Below the pieces are notes generated by a model, which was given only the letters and a program-made list of their open reading frames with translations, ran no database searches and had not been told where the DNA came from. A DNA stretch of 64,000 nt from a virus: IMG/VR virus record IMGVR_UViG_3300007734_000753, positions 12,731 through 76,730 of that record. One strand, written 5' to 3'. The translations under genes and the position numbers were made by a program. Within the stretch, counting starts at the first letter, position 1; every line of letters begins with the position of its first letter. Shown one piece after another: positions 47,173-54,744 of this stretch.

Positions 47173-48573
47173 ATGACAGCCCAAAATGAAAAAGTGGACT
47201 TTTCCAAATTCGGTAAAAATTTTCAAGAAAAACTAGTACATATCATGTTTCGTGACCGATTATTCTGCGACCAAATGCGCGAAGTAATCGATCTAAATTT
47301 CCTAGAAAACGCTTATACTCGCGTCTTTGTTGAGAAGATGTTCGATTATAAGGATAAGTTTCAATCGCATCCAGCTGAAGCTACAGTCGCAACTATTTTG
47401 CGTTCAGACTTGGATAATGAAAATGAGGCAACACAAAAGCAAGTACGTGAGTATTTTGCTCGTATTGTTGCGGATAAAGAAGTTGAAGATGCAGACTTCG
47501 TAAAGACAACTGCCCTAGACTTCTGCAAAAAGCAGAAGCTCAAGGAAGCTATTATCAAGTCAGCAAAACTGCTGCAAAAATCTGCATCTTATGATGAAAT
47601 CAAAAATGTTGTCGATTCCGCTCTTCGTTTGGGCAGCGACAATAACTTTGGTTATGATTATGAAAAAGACTTTGACAAACGCTTTGAGCATCACTCTCGC
47701 AAAGCCATTTCAACTGGCTGGTCTGAGATTGATGAAATCACCCAAGGCGGTCTTGGTCGTGGCGAAATGGGCGTTGTAATTGCAGGAACTGGCGGTGGTA
47801 AATCGTTTAGTCTTGTTCATATCGGCGCTAATGCAATTTTATCAGGTAAAACTGTTGTTCACTATACGCTTGAGCTTTCTGATGTAAGTGTCGGTAAACG
47901 CTATGATAGTTGCATTACTGGTATCGAGCTAAATGAACTTACTAAAAACAAGCTAAAAGTTTTTGATACACTAAAAGAGGTTGTGAAAGGCAAGCTTATC
48001 ATCAAAGAATACCCAACTCGTACAGCTAGCGTTCTTACGTTGCGTAATCACTTGATGAAGCTAAAAAATTCTGGTAATGATCCCGATGTTATTATCGTGG
48101 ATTATGGCGATCTTTTGGTAACAAAAAATGGTTCTGGTCAGAAATGGATTGACATGGAGACTATTTACGAAGAGTTGCGTGGTCTAGCACAGGAGTTTCA
48201 GTGCCCCATCTGGACAGCCTCTCAAGTAAACCGTAGTGCCTCGGAATCAGAGGTCATTACAATGGACGGTATCGCTTCGGCGTTCAGTAAGTGCTTCGTG
48301 GCAGACTTTATTTGTTCAATGGCTCGTAATTCTAGTGCCCGCAATGGCAATTCTGCTCGTATGTATATTGCTAAAAATCGTAACGGTCCAGATGGCGGCA
48401 TCTTCCCGATGTATATCGACTTATCCCGCGCCAAGCTAGAGGTATTACCAAAAGCTACGGAGACAGTTGATTCTGTTCGTGAAGAGTCTGCCAAACGTCA
48501 AGCTGATTCACTGAAAGAAAAGTATAAGAAATTCAAGAAGTCCATGGATATGGACGATGACGACGAGGAATAA
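47173..48573 (+). CDS. DnaB-like replicative helicase (gp41-like)
   Basis: AGTGGGKS, YTLEL, IKEYPT, IIVDYGDL, TASQVNR and KNRNGPDG motifs; start at 47173 after GGAG. Confidence 0.93.
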   Translation: MTAQNEKVDFSKFGKNFQEKLVHIMFRDRLFCDQMREVIDLNFLENAYTRVFVEKMFDYKDKFQSHPAEATVATILRSDLDNENEATQKQVREYFARIVADKEVEDADFVKTTALDFCKKQKLKEAIIKSAKLLQKSASYDEIKNVVDSALRLGSDNNFGYDYEKDFDKRFEHHSRKAISTGWSEIDEITQGGLGRGEMGVVIAGTGGGKSFSLVHIGANAILSGKTVVHYTLELSDVSVGKRYDSCITGIELNELTKNKLKVFDTLKEVVKGKLIIKEYPTRTASVLTLRNHLMKLKNSGNDPDVIIVDYGDLLVTKNGSGQKWIDMETIYEELRGLAQEFQCPIWTASQVNRSASESEVITMDGIASAFSKCFVADFICSMARNSSARNGNSARMYIAKNRNGPDGGIFPMYIDLSRAKLEVLPKATETVDSVREESAKRQADSLKEKYKKFKKSMDMDDDDEE

Positions 48574-48574
48574 A

Positions 48575-50434
48575 ATGGATATATCACAAAAAATACTTAG
48601 CGACATTACTCATCACATGAAGTATGCTCGCTATATCAAGCAAGAACTACGCAGAGAAAGTTATGAAGATACTGTAACTCGTAATATGTTAATGCATATT
48701 GCTAAGTTCCCACAGTTAGAACAAGAAATCCGGGATGCTTATAAATTTGTACTTGATCGCAAGGTTTTACCTTCAATGCGTTCAATGCAATTTGGCGGGC
48801 GTCCCATTGAAGTAAATCCAGTTCGTATATTTAATTGTGCGTTCTTGGCTCTTGATGATGTTCGTGCTTTTAATGAGATCATGTTCCTTCTTCTTGGCGG
48901 AACTGGTGTCGGTTATTCAGTACAAAAACATCATGTAGAAAAGCTACCAGAGATTCGTAAGCCAAATCCAAAACGTACTCGTCGTTTTCTAGTTGGCGAT
49001 AGCATTGAAGGTTGGGCTGATTCTGTAAAAGCCCTGATGCGTTCTTATTTTGATGGTGGATCAAAAGTTATATTTGATTTTAGAGACATTCGTCCAAAAG
49101 GTGCTCGTCTTGTAACTGCTGGTGGCAAAGCCCCCGGTCCACAACCATTAAAAGAGTGCCTAATCAAACTAGAAGGCATTTTGGAGGGTAAAGAAGATGG
49201 TGACAAGCTTGAACCAATTGAAGTACATGACATTGTATGCCATATCGCAGATGCCGTATTGGCTGGTGGAATTAGACGTTCTGCTCTTATTTGTCTCTTT
49301 AGCGCAGACGATGATGAAATGATCGCCTGCAAATCAGGTGCTTGGTGGGAAACCAACCCTCAACGTGGTCGTGCCAATAACTCCGCTGTTATTTTGCGTC
49401 ACAGAATAACAAAAGAGTATTTTATGGATTTGTGGGCACGCATCAAAGCCTCTGGTGCTGGTGAACCCGGTATTTTCTTTACAAACGATAAAGAATGGGG
49501 CACAAACCCATGTGCAGAGATTGCTCTTCGCAGTAATCAGTTCTGCAATTTATGTGAAGTAAACGTAAGCGACCTAGAATCACAGGAGGATTATGAAGCA
49601 AGAGTCAAAGCGGCAGCGTTTATTGGTACGCTTCAAGCATCGTATACTGATTTTCACTACCTACGCGATGTATGGCGTAGAACAACTGAAAAAGAGGCTC
49701 TTCTTGGGATTGGAATGACAGGTATTGCTTCTAACAAAGTGCAAAAGCTTGATATGAAAAAGGCTGCGAAAGTTGCAGTTGAAGAAAATAAAAGAGTTGC
49801 TGCTTTGTTAGGTATCAATCCTGCTGCCCGCGTCACCACTGTAAAGCCTTCAGGCACAACTAGTTTGATTCTTGGTACTTCTAGCGGCGTTCATGCTTGG
49901 CATAATGATTATTATGTTCGCCGCATTCGTGTTGGTAAGAACGAAGCCATTTACAAGTATCTACTAGATAATCATCCAGAGTTAGTTGAAGACGAATACT
50001 TCCGCCCACATGATACGGCTGTTATTTCGGTTCCACAAAAGGCTCCAGAAGGTGCTACTATGAGAACGGAAAGTGCCCTAGAAATGCTTGAGCGAGTAAA
50101 GGACATTCATAGCCGCTGGGTAAAGCCGGGACATATTAGAGGACAAAACACTCATAATGTTTCAGCTACAGTCTCAATCAAAGAAGATGAGTGGGAACAA
50201 GTTGGTGAATGGATGTGGGAAAACCGCGATTCATACACTGGCTTGAGTGTATTGCCTTTTGATACAGGAACATATAAACAGACCCCTTTCCAAGACTGTA
50301 CAAAAGAAGAATTTGAAAGACTTTTTAATGAACTAAAAAATGTGGAACTAACTCATGTTCTTGAAGTAGAAGATAATACCGATCTTCAGAATGAATTAGC
50401 GTGTACGGGACCAAATGGATGTGAGATAAAATAA
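48575..50434 (+). CDS. nrdJ: Class II (B12-dependent) ribonucleotide reductase
   Basis: PSMRSMQF, FNC, GTGVG, GGIRRSA, TNPCAEI, FCNL, VKPSGT and a C-terminal Cys pair; no beta subunit nearby. Confidence 0.9.
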   Translation: MDISQKILSDITHHMKYARYIKQELRRESYEDTVTRNMLMHIAKFPQLEQEIRDAYKFVLDRKVLPSMRSMQFGGRPIEVNPVRIFNCAFLALDDVRAFNEIMFLLLGGTGVGYSVQKHHVEKLPEIRKPNPKRTRRFLVGDSIEGWADSVKALMRSYFDGGSKVIFDFRDIRPKGARLVTAGGKAPGPQPLKECLIKLEGILEGKEDGDKLEPIEVHDIVCHIADAVLAGGIRRSALICLFSADDDEMIACKSGAWWETNPQRGRANNSAVILRHRITKEYFMDLWARIKASGAGEPGIFFTNDKEWGTNPCAEIALRSNQFCNLCEVNVSDLESQEDYEARVKAAAFIGTLQASYTDFHYLRDVWRRTTEKEALLGIGMTGIASNKVQKLDMKKAAKVAVEENKRVAALLGINPAARVTTVKPSGTTSLILGTSSGVHAWHNDYYVRRIRVGKNEAIYKYLLDNHPELVEDEYFRPHDTAVISVPQKAPEGATMRTESALEMLERVKDIHSRWVKPGHIRGQNTHNVSATVSIKEDEWEQVGEWMWENRDSYTGLSVLPFDTGTYKQTPFQDCTKEEFERLFNELKNVELTHVLEVEDNTDLQNELACTGPNGCEIK

Positions 50435-50456
50435 TCCTCTAATAATGGTGTTTATT

Positions 50457-50506
50457 TTTACCACCTCTTTTTGTAGATATAACTATTTATATTAAGAGGT
50501 GGTAAA
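50457..50506 (+). promoter_or_regulatory. RBS-sequestering hairpin with late promoter in the loop
   Basis: Perfect 13-bp inverted repeat TTTACCACCTCTT / AAGAGGTGGTAAA; ACTATTTA at 50482-50489; ATG at 50508. Confidence 0.8.
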
Positions 50507-50507
50507 G

Positions 50508-51089
50508 ATGAAAAGCAAGTTTGATAATACCTATGAAATAGGACATTTATTTGGTGAATGGAAACTATTAAATAATATTCCATTACGAATTCCAAAAAAG
50601 TCATCTACAACTAAAGATAAACATACGTTGAAATTTTTATGTTTATGTACAAGCTGCAATACAGAACATTTAGTTGATTGTTATAATCTAGAAAAAAGCA
50701 TAAGTAAAAGGTGCTATAAATGCTCTATGAAAAATACTAAAGGGTGTAATAATCCATTTTGGAAAGGATATGGAAAAATTGGTGCAAAGTTTTTAAGTCG
50801 TGCTAAACACGGTGCTTCTTTAAGAAAAATAAATTTTAATCTAACTTTGGAAGAGCTGGACAGAAAATGGCATGAACAAAAAGAAATTTGTGCTTTATCT
50901 GGTAAGCTCTTAACTTTAGAAGAAGCATCTATAGATAGAATTGATAGCGACGGAATATACGAATATAATAATATTCAATGGGTCCACAAAGACATTAATC
51001 TTATGAAAAACCACTTAAATCAAGAATATTTTATTGAGATGTGTAGACTAGTTTCTGGCTATGCGGGCGGCGCTTGTGAAATCAAATAA
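50508..51089 (+). mobile_element. Free-standing HNH-like homing endonuclease gene
   Basis: CLC.SC...C.KC, NPFWKG, CALSG and ASIDRIDS..Y..NNIQWVH..IN.MK motifs; ends with RNR-like AGGACEIK. Confidence 0.8.
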
Positions 51090-51096
51090 CTATTTA
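51089..51096 (+). promoter_or_regulatory. Late promoter ACTATTTA, 4 nt before ATG
   Basis: Exact motif; no SD before 51101. Confidence 0.65.
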
Positions 51097-51100
51097 CGGT

Positions 51101-52600
51101 ATGCCTCTTCCGTTTAGAATACCAAAAACAGACAATACAATAACTAGCCCTCTAACTTCTTTCAACGAGGTCAGCGTTGCTGAATTATATCCGGCAGCTC
51201 AAGGAGACTTTATTTATGGTATAAATAATGTTGTATTTATATCCAGCTCGTATTCTGGCGGTTCAATTTCAGGCAGCAACGGTTTCGGAATTGTAAAAAG
51301 CGGTACCAGCGTCACTGGCTCTGCGCTTATTAGTCTTCGACGCAATCTAAAATATAGACCCGGTTTTGGTTCTCTTATCAGAGCAACGTGTCTTTTTGAT
51401 ACACCTGTTTCTGGTAATGCTCAATTGATTGGCGTAGGAAACATAGAGTGTGGTTATTATTTTGGGTATTACGGAACCCAATTTGGTATTTTACACCAAG
51501 AAACTTCGCAAATTGAGATAAGAAAGCTTACAGTAACAACACCAGCAGGTACAGAAACAATAACGATTACGCTAAATGGTGTTTCAGTCGGCGTTCCAGT
51601 TGTTGGTGGTGGTGATGCAAATCAGACCTCTTATCAAATAGCAAAATACGATTTTAGAAATGTTGGTGTTGGTTGGCAGGCTGATGCAGTAGATGGAACA
51701 GTATATTTTACCGCTGGAGTATCTGGTCCTTTTACTGGATCTTATTCTGCCGTTGGTAGCAGTACTTTTGTTGGAACATTTGCTGGAATCCTAACTGGAA
51801 GCACTGGTACTTCTTCTTTTATTCCGCAATCTTCTTGGAACATTGACCAACTTTGTTCTAACTGTGGAAGCGAATTTGTCTTGAATCCGCAAAAAGGTAA
51901 TGTCTATCAAATAGGTTTTCAGTATCTAGGTTTTGGTAATGCTTTCTTTGGTATAGAAAATCCTGAAACTGGAAGAATTACGCCAGTTCATATGATAAAA
52001 AATACCAACGCAAGAACAACTGCTGTATTGAAAAACCCGCAGATGACAACTACACTAATAAGTAAAAACTTTGGTTCTTCAACCAGTGTTCAGCCAAAAT
52101 CTTTAAGTATGGCTGCCTTCACAGAGGGCTTTGCTAGAAAGCTAGACCCAAGATTTGCTGCGTCTCATACCTTTTCTGGTTATAACTCCACAACAAAAGC
52201 GCCTCTTTTGGCTCTAAAAATCAATGCAGTTTATAACAATCAAACTTGTTTTGCTGAATTTGACATTTTAAGAATAGCAGCATCAAACGAATCGACAAAT
52301 AAAACTCTCACTATTTCAGTTTATAAAAATTTAGACATCAATGGTGCTGTAAACTTTCAATATGTTGATCAAGCCAATAGTGCAGTGTCTTACGCGAATC
52401 TGACTCCCGGAACAAATACTGTGACTACCACTGGAAAAGTTCCATTTTTAACTTTCTCTGTTGGCGCAAATAATGCCGCAACAATAGATATAGCACCCGA
52501 AGAATTAGTTTTCGGTGCTGGAGAAATTGTTGTTATTTGTATTTCTACTTCTGGAGCGGTAACTGGAGAAGTTGGCGTCAACTGGTTTGAGCAACAATAA
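51101..52600 (+). CDS. Putative virion structural protein (beta-rich)
   Basis: Gly/Ser/Thr-rich with YRPG, IPQSSWNID and FQYLGFG; under a late promoter. Confidence 0.6.
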   Translation: MPLPFRIPKTDNTITSPLTSFNEVSVAELYPAAQGDFIYGINNVVFISSSYSGGSISGSNGFGIVKSGTSVTGSALISLRRNLKYRPGFGSLIRATCLFDTPVSGNAQLIGVGNIECGYYFGYYGTQFGILHQETSQIEIRKLTVTTPAGTETITITLNGVSVGVPVVGGGDANQTSYQIAKYDFRNVGVGWQADAVDGTVYFTAGVSGPFTGSYSAVGSSTFVGTFAGILTGSTGTSSFIPQSSWNIDQLCSNCGSEFVLNPQKGNVYQIGFQYLGFGNAFFGIENPETGRITPVHMIKNTNARTTAVLKNPQMTTTLISKNFGSSTSVQPKSLSMAAFTEGFARKLDPRFAASHTFSGYNSTTKAPLLALKINAVYNNQTCFAEFDILRIAASNESTNKTLTISVYKNLDINGAVNFQYVDQANSAVSYANLTPGTNTVTTTGKVPFLTFSVGANNAATIDIAPEELVFGAGEIVVICISTSGAVTGEVGVNWFEQQ

Positions 52601-52601
52601 T

Positions 52602-52609
52602 ACTATTTA
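52602..52609 (+). promoter_or_regulatory. Late promoter ACTATTTA
   Basis: Intergenic. Confidence 0.7.
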
Positions 52610-52635
52610 CAAACATCTTATTTTGGAGACAAGAA

Positions 52636-52941
52636 ATGGGAACAAATAATAGTGAACAGGAAGTCGAAAAAGCCATACAAAATGCTGTACAATTTGCAGA
52701 AATTATGGGAAAATTGGTAAGAATTGAAGACGGTATTTCTGATCTAAAAAATAGAAATACTGAAATGGCTGAAGATATAACAAAAATAAAAGAAGCCATT
52801 TATAAACCTGACGATGGAATTTATGCACGTCTAAAAACTCTAGAAGCTTGGAAAGAATCCACAAGTAAAATACTTTGGATTTTGATAACAGCAGTGATTG
52901 GCGGCAGCGTCGGTTTTATCTTCAATATGCTAAAACACTAA
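52636..52941 (+). CDS. Coiled-coil protein with C-terminal TM (holin/XhlA-like)
   Basis: Coiled coil followed by ILWILITAVIGGSVGFIF. Confidence 0.55.
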   Translation: MGTNNSEQEVEKAIQNAVQFAEIMGKLVRIEDGISDLKNRNTEMAEDITKIKEAIYKPDDGIYARLKTLEAWKESTSKILWILITAVIGGSVGFIFNMLKH

Positions 52942-52953
52942 TAAGAGGTTTCC

Positions 52954-53217
52954 GTGTCCGACAAAACAAAACAAGAACATATGTCAAGCTTTATAAAATC
53001 TATCGCAGCTATTGATGATTGTATCAAGCCTTACCTAGAACAAAAAAAAGAATTACGAAAAGAGTACGTCGATAACAAGTGGTTGACAAAGGAAGATATA
53101 AAGTATACAATGAAAGCCTATCGACTGTTGAAGGACAACACAGATATGGTTGAATTGGATAAAATCTATTCCGAACTTCAAGAACTTGTAGGAGACAATG
53201 ATGGCACAGACGAATAG
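52954..53217 (+). CDS. Small dsDNA-binding protein (T4 DsbA/GapR-like)
   Basis: 87 aa helical protein; FIKSI..IDD......KKELRKE pattern. Confidence 0.45.
   Translation: MSDKTKQEHMSSFIKSIAAIDDCIKPYLEQKKELRKEYVDNKWLTKEDIKYTMKAYRLLKDNTDMVELDKIYSELQELVGDNDGTDE
53083..53111 (+). promoter_or_regulatory. sigma70-like internal promoter
   Basis: TTGACA, N17, TACAAT. Confidence 0.5.
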
Positions 53218-53458
53218 TTATTCTGGTACTTTTCGTAAAAAAGATGGCAGTTCACGCCAAATGCGTTTTGTAAGAATGGCGGAACTTACCGAGCAACAAA
53301 AAAGTAATATTGGTCTTATCCCCGGCGCTTCCGCAAATCGTCAAATTTATTTGCAGCCGGGATTTGAGATTGTATATGATCTAGATGCAAAAGAATTTCG
53401 CACTTTCAATTGGAACGCAACCGTTGGAGAAGTGCAGAAACAACAAATAGAATTCTAA
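53198..53458 (+). CDS. WYL-like SH3-fold protein
   Basis: FRKKDGSSRQM...VYDLDAKEFRTF. Confidence 0.65.
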   Translation: MMAQTNSYSGTFRKKDGSSRQMRFVRMAELTEQQKSNIGLIPGASANRQIYLQPGFEIVYDLDAKEFRTFNWNATVGEVQKQQIEF

Positions 53459-53467
53459 AGAGGAAAA

Positions 53468-53752
53468 ATGAATCTAAAACCTTTCAATCGTCGGCTTATC
53501 GTTGAGCGAATAGAAACGAAAGAAGACAAAAATACAAGTGCATTTTATATTCCCCCAGAAATGGAAGAAGAGTTTGCGAAGCGAAAAGAATTTGAGCTTG
53601 TCTCAATTGTAAACAAAGCCAATGATGTAAGTCTCCCCGTATCTATAAATGATAAAGTTGTGATTTTATCACACATGATTGAAAAAATAGAAATAAATGG
53701 CGAAACTTTATTGGCTGTAGCTGAAAATAATGTTATTGGCAAAATCATCTAG
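53468..53752 (+). CDS. GroES-like co-chaperonin
   Basis: LKPFNRRLIVE, FYIP, NDKVV and IEINGE..L.V.ENNVIG. Confidence 0.75.
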   Translation: MNLKPFNRRLIVERIETKEDKNTSAFYIPPEMEEEFAKRKEFELVSIVNKANDVSLPVSINDKVVILSHMIEKIEINGETLLAVAENNVIGKII

Positions 53753-53760
53753 GAGGATAA

Positions 53761-54273
53761 GTGAACATTTTTGCTATTGAAGGTAACGAGACAACTGGTG
53801 AAGTAAATTGGTATCTATCGGGTCGTTCTCAAGACAATTATCGTACAGTAAAAATGATTCTTGAGAGTACTCAACTACTTTCATCTGCCATGCATCTAAA
53901 TGGTATGGTGGGTCCATATAAATTGAATCATCCTAAACATCCATCTACATTATGGACTGCCGAAAGCTCTCATAATTGGGGCGCTTTGATGATTCATGCT
54001 TTTGCTTTATGCGAGGAATATCAGGAGCGTTTTGGTAAAAAACATAAATGTTATGATATTCTTGTTGAAATGGCTAAAAAAGTGGATGCAAAAAAGTTTC
54101 CAAGTGACAAACCAACACCGCTTCGTATGGCTATGCCAGAACAATTCAAGAGCGAAAACGTTGTAAAATCTTATCGAGATTATTACGCATCAAAGCCCAA
54201 CATGCGCTATCCAAAAGGTAAGGCTCCAGAGTGGTTCTTGAAACGAAGAACCGTTCCTTTTGTAGAGTGCTAA
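53761..54273 (+). CDS. Pyrimidine-dimer DNA glycosylase / endonuclease V-like protein
   Basis: MNIF, VKMILESTQLLS, HPKHPSTLW, EY..RFGKKH, AMP and SYRDYY. Confidence 0.75.
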   Translation: MNIFAIEGNETTGEVNWYLSGRSQDNYRTVKMILESTQLLSSAMHLNGMVGPYKLNHPKHPSTLWTAESSHNWGALMIHAFALCEEYQERFGKKHKCYDILVEMAKKVDAKKFPSDKPTPLRMAMPEQFKSENVVKSYRDYYASKPNMRYPKGKAPEWFLKRRTVPFVEC

Positions 54274-54300
54274 AATAATCTAAAATTTAATATATACTAT

Positions 54301-54338
54301 GAGGCACCGATGGGAAACTATCGGTGCTTTTTTGTTTT
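54301..54338 (+). terminator. Rho-independent terminator
   Basis: GGCACCGATGG-GAAA-CTATCGGTGCT followed by a T run. Confidence 0.8.
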
Positions 54339-54345
54339 ATTGGCA

Positions 54346-54353
54346 ACTATTTA
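54346..54353 (+). promoter_or_regulatory. Late promoter ACTATTTA
   Basis: Upstream of the GGAGG RBS of the ferritin-like gene. Confidence 0.75.
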
Positions 54354-54371
54354 TCTTGTCGGAGGATTATT

Positions 54372-54734
54372 ATGGAAGAATTAGTTACAAGTTTGCTACA
54401 AATCCAACAGCAAACAAGAATTTTACATTGGCAAACAAAATCATATGCTCGTCATAAAGCCTATGGAAAAATATACGATGATTTAGGCGATCTAATAGAT
54501 GAGTTCATGGAAGTTCACATGGGCAAATATGGTCGTTTTGAGTTAGAAGATAAAAGAATTGCTGTAGAAAATCTAGATGCTATGACTGTTTCTGATTTTC
54601 TTGATCAATCAATTGAATTTCTAATTGGTTTGACCGATCAACTTGATGCAAGAAGAGATACAGACCTTCTCAATATTAGAGATGAAATGTTAGCTAAAAT
54701 GAATAGATTGAAATATCTACTAACTCTGAAATAG
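54372..54734 (+). CDS. Ferritin/Dps-like four-helix protein (DUF5856-like)
   Basis: LHWQTKSYARHKA..Y..L..LID.F.E and LLNIRDEML...NRLKYLLTL. Confidence 0.75.
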   Translation: MEELVTSLLQIQQQTRILHWQTKSYARHKAYGKIYDDLGDLIDEFMEVHMGKYGRFELEDKRIAVENLDAMTVSDFLDQSIEFLIGLTDQLDARRDTDLLNIRDEMLAKMNRLKYLLTLK

Positions 54735-54744
54735 GCTTTTTACC

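Noticed and set aside
13675-50434. Inteins in TerL, RecA, helicase or RNR
   Set aside because: Protein lengths are normal and no C...HN splice motifs or LAGLIDADG blocks were seen.
50400-51089. Group I intron rejoining nrdJ to the downstream AGGACEIK tail
   Set aside because: nrdJ already has a complete Cys-pair tail and stop, and there is too little non-coding sequence for a ribozyme core.
10325-54371. Upstream-extended starts in the ORF track (10325, 19161, 43110, 44186, 47119, 48557, 54324)
   Set aside because: They run through promoters, terminators or upstream genes; downstream ATGs were used instead, most with a clear SD.
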